Positions 37,516 through 46,093 of a DNA stretch of 46,093 nt are shown in pieces. Both the position numbers and the translations under genes were made by a program. The DNA lies in contig JBOEGD010000014.1 of the NCBI GenBank assembly GCA_050633245.1, positions 189,860 through 235,952 of the forward strand, read 5' to 3'. Each line of letters starts with the position of its first letter. Position 1 is the first letter of the stretch. Source of the DNA: Calditrichia bacterium. GTDB taxonomy: Bacteria; Calditrichota; Calditrichia; RBG-13-44-9; J075. The notes under the pieces were generated by a model. It was not told where the DNA came from and ran no database searches. It saw only the letters and a program-made list of their open reading frames with translations.

Positions 37516-38731
37516 TTTCTATCTACTCCTGTTACTATTCACCAGTTTTGCCTTTGGGCAAGCAGAAAACTACTCGTACTCGCGTGAAGTAAAAGGTATC
37601 GAAAACCTGTGGCATTCCATCGTGCTGCCAAATGAGGTCTTTCGGGCTATCTCGCCCAGCCTGTCTGACATCAGAATATTTGGTAAGACAGTCAAGGGAG
37701 AAATTGTTGAAGCGCCATATCTGCTGCGAGCGGCGGCAGACAAGGTGGTTAACACAGATATCAACTTTAAACAGTTAAACACCAGCTCTAATTCGAGAGG
37801 CCATTTTTTTACATTTGAAGTTCCGGAAAATACGGACATGAACCAGCTTCAACTAGAACTTGAACAGCAGAACTTCGATTGGAAGGTTGAGCTGGAAGGT
37901 AGTCAGGATCAGCGAGAATGGTTTAGCATCGTAAAAGACTATCGTATCGTTTCCATCAAGAATCAACTGACCAGTTATCGCTTCAGTACCATCTCCTTTC
38001 CCAAGGCACAGTATCGTTTTTTACGTCTGCGCATTCCAAGCAGTGAAAAGACTCTTTTGACAAGCGCAAAAATCACTCAACATCAGACAATCGCAGGCGA
38101 CTACCGCAATTATCCCATTCGCTCTATGGAACGGAGTGAGGATAAAGTTAGAAAGCAGACTATAGTTAACATCGCTTTGTCCTCACGCGTACCGGCAACC
38201 CGCTTGAAAATCGATATACAGGATGACTTCGATTATTATCGCCCGATAACAATTGAATATCTGGCTGATAGCGTTAAGACTGAGAAAGGCTGGAAGTATT
38301 CGTGGCGCAGCTTAACTTCGGGAACGCTGACATCGATTGAGCCCAACAATTTTTATTTCAATCACATTTTGTTTCGCAAGCTGCGGATCCACATTTCTAA
38401 TCAAGATAATCAGCCATTATCAATTGGCAGCGTGTCAGTAACAGGACCAGTATACGACTTGATAGTTCGCTTCACTGAATCAGCAGCCTACCACCTTACC
38501 TATGGCAATGCGAAGGCTACTCGTCCACAATATGACATCGCCCGCTTTAAAGAAAATGTTCCGCAAGACGTCAGTGAAGTAACACTTGGTGTTGAGAGAG
38601 AACTTGCAAAAGCGAGTAACCCTGAAGTAGAACCATTGTTTGGGAACCCATTGTGGCTCTGGGGCATTATGTTAGTAGTCATCGGATTACTTGGCTGGTT
38701 CTCACTTAAAATGCTTAAGAATGAGGGATAA
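37493..38731 (+). CDS. DUF3999-like secreted protein with a C-terminal anchor
   Basis: Signal peptide, LSDIRI, EAPY, YGN..ATRPQYD and a C-terminal TM. Overlaps the DUF2339 gene, its usual partner. Confidence 0.8.
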   Translation: MKMKTKNNFYLLLLLFTSFAFGQAENYSYSREVKGIENLWHSIVLPNEVFRAISPSLSDIRIFGKTVKGEIVEAPYLLRAAADKVVNTDINFKQLNTSSNSRGHFFTFEVPENTDMNQLQLELEQQNFDWKVELEGSQDQREWFSIVKDYRIVSIKNQLTSYRFSTISFPKAQYRFLRLRIPSSEKTLLTSAKITQHQTIAGDYRNYPIRSMERSEDKVRKQTIVNIALSSRVPATRLKIDIQDDFDYYRPITIEYLADSVKTEKGWKYSWRSLTSGTLTSIEPNNFYFNHILFRKLRIHISNQDNQPLSIGSVSVTGPVYDLIVRFTESAAYHLTYGNAKATRPQYDIARFKENVPQDVSEVTLGVERELAKASNPEVEPLFGNPLWLWGIMLVVIGLLGWFSLKMLKNEG

Positions 38732-38734
38732 ATA

Positions 38735-39085
38735 ATGGATAAAGCGCTCTGGTTGGAGAAACTAAAAATATATGACGAACTAGTCGCAAAGGTTCCTGGC
38801 CTTGAACGACTTGGAAAAACCATGCCCTACACCTCGGCAAACACCTATATGTTTTCCCTTTTTAACAAAGCTGGTGAAATTGGTTTACGTTTATCGAAAG
38901 AACAGCAAAAAGAATTTATCGAGAAGTATGATTCCGGCCCATATAAGTCTTATGGAGCCACGATGAAAGATTACGTTCTGGTTCCCGAATCGATGCTTGA
39001 TGATCTGGATCTGTTGGCTACCTATCTACAGATGAGTAAAGATTTTGTCGAATCTCTGAAACCGCAGCCACGGAAAAAAAAGTGA
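38735..39085 (+). CDS. Small protein, TfoX-N/MmcQ-like
   Basis: KTMPYTSAN.YMFS, GLRL and YGATMKDYVLVP. Confidence 0.55.
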   Translation: MDKALWLEKLKIYDELVAKVPGLERLGKTMPYTSANTYMFSLFNKAGEIGLRLSKEQQKEFIEKYDSGPYKSYGATMKDYVLVPESMLDDLDLLATYLQMSKDFVESLKPQPRKKK

Positions 39086-39204
39086 CTCCTTAACCGCAGC
39101 CGGCAAAACGCTACCAACATCTATTATATCAATTCAGGAAATTGAAAAGACTCCTATATTTCCGCCAATCTCACGCCCCTTTTCGCAACTACTTTTTACT
39201 TGCC

Positions 39205-39233
39205 TTGCCTCTCAAACACAGGCTTCCTAATTT
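39205..39233 (+). promoter_or_regulatory. Sigma70-type promoter, possible third diverged copy of repeat A
   Basis: TTGCCT, 17 nt, TAATTT. The spacer has ACAGGC at the same offset as copy 2, and TATTGCTGTT follows at 39271-39280. Confidence 0.4.
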
Positions 39234-39319
39234 TCAAGAGTAAAACACCTTTGTTAATACACGGATTGGCTATTGCTGTTTAGGGTATTTTAAAAAACCA
39301 AACCCCGGAGAGGCAGGTC

Positions 39320-40432
39320 ATGAAAACGGTATTTACTATCATCGTCGCGCTCCACGGACTTATCCATTTACTTGGCTTCGTCAAAGCTTTTAAAATTGCA
39401 GAAGTAAACGACCTGACTATACCTATTTCGAAGTCATCAGGAGTTTTACGGTTGATTGCATGTGTCCTTTTCTTAATTACAGCAATTCTTTTTGCGAGTC
39501 GTTCTGACTACTGGTGGCTGGTCGGGATTTTATCCGTCCTCTTATCTCAGACTCTTATCGTCATTTACTGGCAGGACGCTAAATATGCCACCCTTCCAAA
39601 TTTTCTTATCCTGTTGGTATGTGTCGGCGCATATGCGAATTTTCAGTTCATGAATATGGTTGAAAGCGAGGTTTTTGAGATGAATGCTGTACGCACCACC
39701 GGTCAGGAGGCAGGCACTCAACAGCCGGAGAATCTGCCTTTGCCTGTTAAAAAGTGGTTAAGCGTCAGTAATATTATGAGCCTGGGTAGAATAGAGACGG
39801 TTTATTTGGAGCAGGAAACATTTATTAAGCTGAAGCCCAACCAGAAGGATTGGTATTCGGGCACGGCAAAGCAATATTTTACAACCCAACCTCCGGCATT
39901 TATCTGGCATGTTGATTTAACCATGAATCCATTAATTCAGGTATCGGGTAGAGATAAATATGTGAACGGCAAAGGGGAAATGCTCATAAAGCTGTTTTCT
40001 CTGATCTCTGTTGCAGATGCGAAGGAGAACCATAAGGTCGATCAGGGAACGCTCCAGCGTTACCTTGCGGAAATTGCCTGGTTTCCTTCCGCTGCTCTAA
40101 ATCCGTATATCAGGTGGCAACCTATTGACAATCGGACGGCAAAGGCAACGATGTCGTACAACGGTGTGAGCGGCTCCGGCACGTTCTATTTCAGTAAAGA
40201 TGGAGACTTGCAAAAGTTTATAGCGATGCGTTATAAGGAAGTTGATGACGAATCGCAACCGATAGAATGGGTCGCTGAAGTACTGCGCACTGAGGAAAAA
40301 AACGGCGTGCGTGTACCGACAAGAATGCAGGCCACTTGGCAAATGGAAAGCGGTGCCTGGACATGGTTGAAACTAAATATAACCGATATTCGCTATAACA
40401 TAGCTAAAGAACCTATAGTACAGAGGGATTAA
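39320..40432 (+). CDS. DUF6544/DUF6920-like membrane-anchored protein
   Basis: HGLIHLLGF, LPLPVKKWL, GRDKY..GKGEM, RYLAEIAWFP and VRVP..MQATW motifs. Confidence 0.75.
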   Translation: MKTVFTIIVALHGLIHLLGFVKAFKIAEVNDLTIPISKSSGVLRLIACVLFLITAILFASRSDYWWLVGILSVLLSQTLIVIYWQDAKYATLPNFLILLVCVGAYANFQFMNMVESEVFEMNAVRTTGQEAGTQQPENLPLPVKKWLSVSNIMSLGRIETVYLEQETFIKLKPNQKDWYSGTAKQYFTTQPPAFIWHVDLTMNPLIQVSGRDKYVNGKGEMLIKLFSLISVADAKENHKVDQGTLQRYLAEIAWFPSAALNPYIRWQPIDNRTAKATMSYNGVSGSGTFYFSKDGDLQKFIAMRYKEVDDESQPIEWVAEVLRTEEKNGVRVPTRMQATWQMESGAWTWLKLNITDIRYNIAKEPIVQRD

Positions 40433-40442
40433 AACAGAGCCA

Positions 40443-40964
40443 ATGCATAATATGATTCTCCAACCAACACTCAAGGGCAAACTTGTCCTGCTTCGCCCAC
40501 TTAAAGAGAGTGACCTTGAGCCTCTTTACGAAGTTGCCAAAGATCCGCTAATCTGGGAACAACACCCATGTCCCACCCGCTATCAGCGTGCAGAGTACGA
40601 GGCATTTTTCAAAGACTCGCTGGATTCGCAGGGAGCGTTAATCGTTATAGACGCCGCAAGCGATCAGGTAATCGGCAGCTCACGCTTCAACCCCATAGAG
40701 AGACATTCCAATGCCGTTGAAATTGGCTGGTCATTTCTCGCAAGAAAATACTGGGGTGGAAAATATAATCGCGCGGTAAAAAAGTTGATGATAAGTCACG
40801 CACTAGAGACTCTTGACTGCGTCATTTTTTATATCGGAAGGGATAATGTTCGTTCGCAAAAGGCTGTAGAAAAGTTGGGAGCAATAAAAATAATCGATTC
40901 CTTAAATCCACTTATGAAAATTAGCGATATTGATATTACATATAAAATCTCAAGCCAAATCTAA
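40443..40964 (+). CDS. GNAT family N-acetyltransferase (RimJ/RimL-like)
   Basis: LLRPL, IGSSRF, EIGWSFL..YWGG and NVRSQKAVEKLGA motifs. Confidence 0.9.
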   Translation: MHNMILQPTLKGKLVLLRPLKESDLEPLYEVAKDPLIWEQHPCPTRYQRAEYEAFFKDSLDSQGALIVIDAASDQVIGSSRFNPIERHSNAVEIGWSFLARKYWGGKYNRAVKKLMISHALETLDCVIFYIGRDNVRSQKAVEKLGAIKIIDSLNPLMKISDIDITYKISSQI

Positions 40965-41002
40965 TAATGCCTACCAAGCGCCTTGGCATAAAAAGGTTAT
41001 AC

Positions 41003-42679
41003 ATGAAATTACTCATACTCACAATATTAATTAGTGCTTTTGCATGCAAAAGTGACGATAGCGGAACAGATCCGATGCAAAATAAGGAACAGGTTTATAT
41101 TAATGGGAAGATTTACACAGTAAGTAACGATCTTCTATGGGCAGAGGCAATGCTAATCAGGGATGGTAAAATCATCGCTATTGGTACAAATCAAAGCGTG
41201 CAAAGTCAGTCTGCTGCGGGCGCAACACTTGTAGATTTGCAAAACAAGATGGTCATGCCGGGCATTCACGATGTGCACCTGCATCCGCTGGAAGCAGCTT
41301 CGAATAATTTTCTATTTATTTTGGACGAAACAGAGTCGGATCCGGAAAATTATGCTACAGATATCCAGCAGGCGATTCAGGACAACCCCGGTTCCGAGTG
41401 GATTTTAGGCTGGGGATTTGATATTTATACTGCGCTCGATGCCACGCGCGAACCAATAGACATTTTGGACGACATTTCTCTGACAAAACCGATTGCGGTC
41501 ATGGAGCAAACCTCGCACTCAATGTGGGTCAATTCAAAAGCCCTGGAAATCGCCGGGATTACTGCTTCGACGGCAAATCCCGCGGGCGGAGTAATTATGA
41601 AAGATGAGACTGGACAGCCAAACGGTTTGCTCATCGATAATGCCGGAAATCTCATTGTCGATTTGGCAATTGCCTCCATTCCCAATAGTGCACAAAATGA
41701 CTATGATGGTTTGGTAAATACCGCTCTGCCAGAATTGGCTAAAAATGGAATCACCTCAGTATGCGACGCGCGAACCTACTGGAAAAGAGACCATCATTTA
41801 ACCTGGCAACAGGTTGAAGACAATGGAGAACTAACCGTTCGCGCGAATCTTGGACTTTGGTTATATCCTACCGAAGATGACGCTTCGCAAATTGCCACTC
41901 TAAAGTCGCTTTATTCAAACGAACCAGGGAGTTTTTTAAAGGTCAATCAAATAAAGCTATATGCGGATGGCATTGTTATTAATACCACATCGGCAATGCA
42001 GCAAGACTATTTAATTGATCTTTTCGAATTGTCGACCAATAATGGTCTTAACTACGTATCAGAAAATCGCATTGCCCAATACATTGCTGTTCTGGAGCCA
42101 ACCGGATTTGACTTTCATATCCATACTATCGGAAACCGCGGTGTTCATGAAGCGCTTAATGCCATCGAGCAAAGCGGAACGTCGACGGGCAGACATCGAT
42201 TAACGCATGTCGAGTATGTCGATGCTGTTGATTACCCACGTTTTGCTCAACTCAATGTAACGGCCGATGCACAGGTTGCCGGAGACTTTACCAAACCAGA
42301 GAATTGGCATGAAAATGATGAATTAGTCGATCCGGTATTGAATGACAACATTATTCCAATAAAAAGCCTGCTCCAGGCAAATGCCCGAATTACCCTTAGC
42401 AGCGATTGGGATGTGAGTTCATTAAACCCGTTTGTCGGCCTACAGAACGCCGTTACACGCGTTCCGCAGGAAATTAGCTTGTCAGAGGCCATTAAAGCGT
42501 ACACCTTAAATGCGGCATATGTAATGAGGCAAGAAGATATTGTTGGTAGCCTGGAGGTTGGCAAAGAGGCCGATTTTATTGTGCTTAGCCAAAACATCTT
42601 CGAAGTGACACCGAATCAGATTGCTCAAATATCGGTTTTGGCGACTTATTTGAAAGGTGAGTTGATTTACGAGAAGTAA
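41003..42679 (+). CDS. Amidohydrolase_3 (YtcJ-like), probable lipoprotein
   Basis: MPGIHDVHLH, HSMWVNS, KLYADG, HIHTIG, HRLTHVE, SSDW and GSLEVGKEADF motifs. FAC lipobox. Confidence 0.92.
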   Translation: MKLLILTILISAFACKSDDSGTDPMQNKEQVYINGKIYTVSNDLLWAEAMLIRDGKIIAIGTNQSVQSQSAAGATLVDLQNKMVMPGIHDVHLHPLEAASNNFLFILDETESDPENYATDIQQAIQDNPGSEWILGWGFDIYTALDATREPIDILDDISLTKPIAVMEQTSHSMWVNSKALEIAGITASTANPAGGVIMKDETGQPNGLLIDNAGNLIVDLAIASIPNSAQNDYDGLVNTALPELAKNGITSVCDARTYWKRDHHLTWQQVEDNGELTVRANLGLWLYPTEDDASQIATLKSLYSNEPGSFLKVNQIKLYADGIVINTTSAMQQDYLIDLFELSTNNGLNYVSENRIAQYIAVLEPTGFDFHIHTIGNRGVHEALNAIEQSGTSTGRHRLTHVEYVDAVDYPRFAQLNVTADAQVAGDFTKPENWHENDELVDPVLNDNIIPIKSLLQANARITLSSDWDVSSLNPFVGLQNAVTRVPQEISLSEAIKAYTLNAAYVMRQEDIVGSLEVGKEADFIVLSQNIFEVTPNQIAQISVLATYLKGELIYEK

Positions 42680-42712
42680 TCTTTACCGTATTTTAGTTCT
42701 AGGTTCTTCCCA

Positions 42713-45700
42713 TCAATGCAACAGCTTGCGCACGTTCTTGCGGCACATTCGCTTAAACTCGCAATGCGATTCGCAGGCCGCCTCTTTTGGAAAACGAGTA
42801 TGCCGAAATACGCCTCCACGAATTTGCTCAACGTATTTGAAGACCATTTCTTGGCTGCGATTCAGCATATCATCAAAGCTCAATTGCGTATCATACTCGT
42901 CTTTTATGTAACCGTTCGGCAGAGCAGCATGTCCCCTCTGAGATAGTGGAATACCAGATTCCTTGTCGAACATAACCGGCTTGCGTTCGCAGTTATCGGC
43001 ATCGCGCACCTGATAAATCGCAGTCAAAATGGCCTTAGCTTCTTTACGTTTACCAGCCTTTCCCAAAAGGCGCGGCAGAACCACTGCATATATCGGAAGC
43101 TGCAAAGACATTCCATCTCGCACATTCCGTGGGCCAACAGCGCTGAAGCCGGTTTTGTAATCCAATAGCATCGCCTGCTTACTGTCTGCACTTAAATCTA
43201 TGCGGTCAATTTTTCCAATCAGCTTCAACGTTTTGCCATCCTGTTGAATCTCAATCGGCTGCTCCAGCGAGATCTTATCCTGCTCTTTTTTCAAACCGGT
43301 CTCGCCAAATCCAACCTCAAAGAACGCCGGAAAGAACTGCAGGTTTTCGATCTGCTCTTTTTCTTGCTCCAAAAAGGCATCCCATAAACCGGACTTGTTC
43401 GGCGAACCAAAGTAGCGTTCACGTTCAATCTCAAAAAGCAAACCACTGAACGGCAACTTATCAAATTCTTCAGCAGCAATTTCATACAGTAAATCACGAG
43501 CCTCCCAGGGACGTTGTAACAGATCCGGGGTTTCCTCACGTAATGCAGAGTAAAAGCGAAAAAAGGTATTGTGAACCAGCTGACCGCGTTCAAGAGCTGT
43601 CATTCCAGATTCCGCTTCGCGCTCTTCTTCCAGCTTCATAATGTAGCGAAAGAAAAATTGTATCGGGCAAAAAGCATAGCTTTCCAGGCGCGTGACAGAA
43701 AATGCTGCATCGCCAAAAGAAGCATCCAGGCTGGCCGTAATATCGCTATGCTTGTCCAGCATACCCTCGTAGTCGTTAAACACCTCACGACGACGTTTCC
43801 TGTAGCTTACGTCTACTTTTTCGAGCCACATGCTCGCCGTAGTATCAATTTCGTTCGCTCGCTTCGGAGAACGCGTCTTTTCCAGGCTCTGCCAAATGCC
43901 TACTGCCCGCCGATCGAACTCCTTCAGTCCCGGAGGTATATTTCCCGCCACGCGTTCTAATAGTCGCCTCGGGCTGCGTAAAAAAGCTGCAGACGGCGGT
44001 CGCTTGCGAAAACGCAACTTTAGCCGATCTTCCATAATATTTAGAAAGTTTGATGGTACACGTGCAGATTCGCGTTCAAACTGCGGATAGGTAAATATCA
44101 GTCGCTCTGCAGGCGCCCGTAGGATCTGATAAAACATATAGCGATCCTGCGCTAACAAATCTTCCGTTGCCGCCAGTCCCAGACTTTCACGCTTTTCATC
44201 GTTAAAAAAAACGTCATGTGTAAACGGTCGTGGAAAACGGTTCTCCACCATACCACCAAAGAGCAGCACCTGTGGCTCCATTGCCAAAATTTCCAATCGT
44301 GGCATGACCTGCACACCGTATTGCGACCATTCGCGAGTGTTGTAGGTTGCATCTGAAATCAACAGGGTTAAGTATTGATGAAGCTGCTTAAGTGACATCT
44401 TGCTGCCTTTTTCAGAAGCGGCAGACTTTTGCAGGTTACTCACTATCCAGCTAAACTGATCTAGCAGCTTATTAAAGCGGTTAAAAGCGCGATATTCTCG
44501 TTCCTGTTCGATTAATGTTAACACATCCGACTCATCGCCTTTATACCAATCAAGAAAGCCAAGCGTGTCGAGAAGATCTAAAAATGTCTCACGAAATTCT
44601 GTTACATCCTGCTTTCCGGTTAGAGGAGCAAACAGTTCCAATAAGGATTTTAATTCAGCTGCCGCAGATTCATATAGATCAGCCTTGCGACGAATTGCTT
44701 CAATGGCAAAGCTATCGTCATCTTCCGCATCAACGCTACGCAGGTAACTCAGGCGGTTAGCGACTTTTTCTTTCCAACTGGAATGTAGATGCGTGAGACG
44801 AAGTTCGACAGCCATTTTTTTAAGCAAATCCGAGTCCAGTTTGGATGCCGTATCCTTCTTGCGATAAAATGGTGAGCCGAGTAGCTGCACAATTTTTTTT
44901 ACTTCAAAGCCCTGAAGCGGTATTTCCAATAGAAGCAAAAGGCTGCGGATCAATGGAGACTGGCTGAGTGCATAGCCAGTTGAAAGATTGTAGGGAATAC
45001 CATATTCCTGAAAAATCTCATGAATCAACGGTGCATACTCTTCAAGGGAAGGAAAAGTAATTCCAATATTGCTCAACGGAATGCCTTTATGGGAATGCAG
45101 ACGACGAGCATAAGCTGCAATAAATGCCACCTCTTCGCGTTTATTGCGATTGGCTTGAATCAGCAAGTCTTTCCCCGGGAGCACAGTTTGTTCAGTTACA
45201 TTTTTCCGTTGAAAGAGTTTTTCTTCCCAGGGATGCGGCTCAGCAGTCTCCTTGCGTAGGGGGTTCAATCCGGTTAAATCGTAATGTGCTTTTTGCAGGT
45301 GTTCGAAGAGTAGCGGCTGGCCTTCAAAATAATCCATCTTTATTTTAACATTGCAAACCGTTTGCAAGTTTTCGATGGCATTCAGCATTGGACGCGTAAA
45401 CATACCATAGCCATTCAGATAAACCGACTGAAGCTCGGGGAAGTGTTCTCTCCACGTTAGGCCATCCATCTCCATGCTCAGCTGCTGGATAGCACCCGCT
45501 TCATCCAGAAGTCCCTGAGAAGTGAGTGTCTCATCGAACTGCTGTAACAGCAATGAGAAGTCTTGTAATCGCTGATCGTCGATATCATCCTGATTTAGCA
45601 GTTGATCCGGTGTGTAGCCATACTCGCGCAGTTCGGTAATCAGCTTGTCTACTTTGCGCACCAATCCGCGACGTTCAGCATTCTCCTTCGAAAAGAATCG

Positions 45701-46036
45701 CAGGTTCTTCACGTTATTGCGCAGGATTTCTTCTACCAGAAAAAGTTGCATTGCCGGAGAGATCACCTTGGGAGCCTGCGGTCTGCTCCGATGCACTTTC
45801 AGCATAAATTCATAGAAGGTATAAACGGGTGGGTCAATTAATGCCCGGGCGGGAAGGGCATCCATAAGCAATTCTTTGAAGCGGCGTACCGCTCGCTTTA
45901 CAGGCAGAAGATAAACAAAGTCATATTCATTTCCACGCGTAGCACGCACCCGTTCGACAATCTCATCTTTAAAGAAATAATATCCGGCGGAGGGGCCGGT
46001 TATCAATTCGAATGTTGGTTTGCCGGGCATACTCAA
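42713..46036 (-). CDS. addB: AddB-like ATP-dependent nuclease subunit (inactive helicase scaffold, PD-(D/E)XK nuclease, Fe-S cysteines)
   Basis: SVTRLESYAFCP, GQLVH, GKIDRID, LDYKTG, QLPIY and C-terminal CESHCEFKRMC. Central REEV..IA, YGIPY and FP..F.HD motifs typical of AddB. Confidence 0.8.
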   Translation of the reverse strand: MSMPGKPTFELITGPSAGYYFFKDEIVERVRATRGNEYDFVYLLPVKRAVRRFKELLMDALPARALIDPPVYTFYEFMLKVHRSRPQAPKVISPAMQLFLVEEILRNNVKNLRFFSKENAERRGLVRKVDKLITELREYGYTPDQLLNQDDIDDQRLQDFSLLLQQFDETLTSQGLLDEAGAIQQLSMEMDGLTWREHFPELQSVYLNGYGMFTRPMLNAIENLQTVCNVKIKMDYFEGQPLLFEHLQKAHYDLTGLNPLRKETAEPHPWEEKLFQRKNVTEQTVLPGKDLLIQANRNKREEVAFIAAYARRLHSHKGIPLSNIGITFPSLEEYAPLIHEIFQEYGIPYNLSTGYALSQSPLIRSLLLLLEIPLQGFEVKKIVQLLGSPFYRKKDTASKLDSDLLKKMAVELRLTHLHSSWKEKVANRLSYLRSVDAEDDDSFAIEAIRRKADLYESAAAELKSLLELFAPLTGKQDVTEFRETFLDLLDTLGFLDWYKGDESDVLTLIEQEREYRAFNRFNKLLDQFSWIVSNLQKSAASEKGSKMSLKQLHQYLTLLISDATYNTREWSQYGVQVMPRLEILAMEPQVLLFGGMVENRFPRPFTHDVFFNDEKRESLGLAATEDLLAQDRYMFYQILRAPAERLIFTYPQFERESARVPSNFLNIMEDRLKLRFRKRPPSAAFLRSPRRLLERVAGNIPPGLKEFDRRAVGIWQSLEKTRSPKRANEIDTTASMWLEKVDVSYRKRRREVFNDYEGMLDKHSDITASLDASFGDAAFSVTRLESYAFCPIQFFFRYIMKLEEEREAESGMTALERGQLVHNTFFRFYSALREETPDLLQRPWEARDLLYEIAAEEFDKLPFSGLLFEIERERYFGSPNKSGLWDAFLEQEKEQIENLQFFPAFFEVGFGETGLKKEQDKISLEQPIEIQQDGKTLKLIGKIDRIDLSADSKQAMLLDYKTGFSAVGPRNVRDGMSLQLPIYAVVLPRLLGKAGKRKEAKAILTAIYQVRDADNCERKPVMFDKESGIPLSQRGHAALPNGYIKDEYDTQLSFDDMLNRSQEMVFKYVEQIRGGVFRHTRFPKEAACESHCEFKRMCRKNVRKLLH

Positions 46037-46051
46037 TTAGGTCTCTTAAGG

Positions 46052-46093
46052 AAGTTCAAAGTTCAAGGTTCTAAAAGTGAAACGTGAAACGTG
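46052..46093. repeat. 7-bp tandem repeats upstream of addB, running off the window edge
   Basis: AAGTTCA AAGTTCA AGGTTCT, then AAAAGTG AAACGTG AAACGTG. Confidence 0.75.

Noticed and set aside
39060-39101. 10-bp direct repeat AACCGCAGCC as a target-site duplication
   Set aside because: The copies are only 32 bp apart with no element between them, so chance or local slippage explains it.
4198-45841. Many short ORFs antisense to or nested within the long genes (e.g. 6268-6633, 14769-15167, 20606-21013, 21102-21602, 43571-43960)
   Set aside because: They overlap well-supported genes, have no recognisable motifs and are expected shadow ORFs.
1-46093. Integrase, transposase, prophage, tRNA or rRNA genes
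   Set aside because: No tyrosine or serine recombinase, DDE/HUH transposase, phage structural gene or RNA-gene signature was recognised. The integron interpretation therefore lacks its enzyme within this window.

Overview
Positions ~393-42679 hold an unbroken run of about 45 plus-strand accessory genes with little functional connection to their neighbours: an MBOAT/SGNH pair, a TIR protein, four serine beta-lactamase-fold hydrolases, four VOC/glyoxalases, two Asp/Glu racemases, two amidohydrolases, DHFR-like, SRPBCC, DinB, GyrI-like, GNAT, AKR, NhaC, agmatinase, LytTR/DUF2306, kelch and DUF2339/DUF3999 genes. The run ends head-to-head with a host AddB-like repair gene on the minus strand (42713-46036). 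Many spacers keep attC-like half-sites, with ...AAC just after a stop codon and GTT... just before the next gene. One compact attC-like hairpin survives at 6184-6232. A ~105-bp module (sigma70 promoter, hairpin, GTT junction) recurs at 226-334 and 3796-3905 and possibly at 39205-39284. My reading is an integron-like cassette array that is eroding and being domesticated. No integrase lies in the window. Signs of decay include a nonsense-split gene, a frameshifted gene, a chimeric LRR gene and a gene stub cut by a heptamer repeat. REP-like palindromes and 7-bp tandem repeats are scattered through the spacers. I saw no rRNA, tRNA, CRISPR array or transposase. All family calls come from reading motifs by eye, not from database searches.
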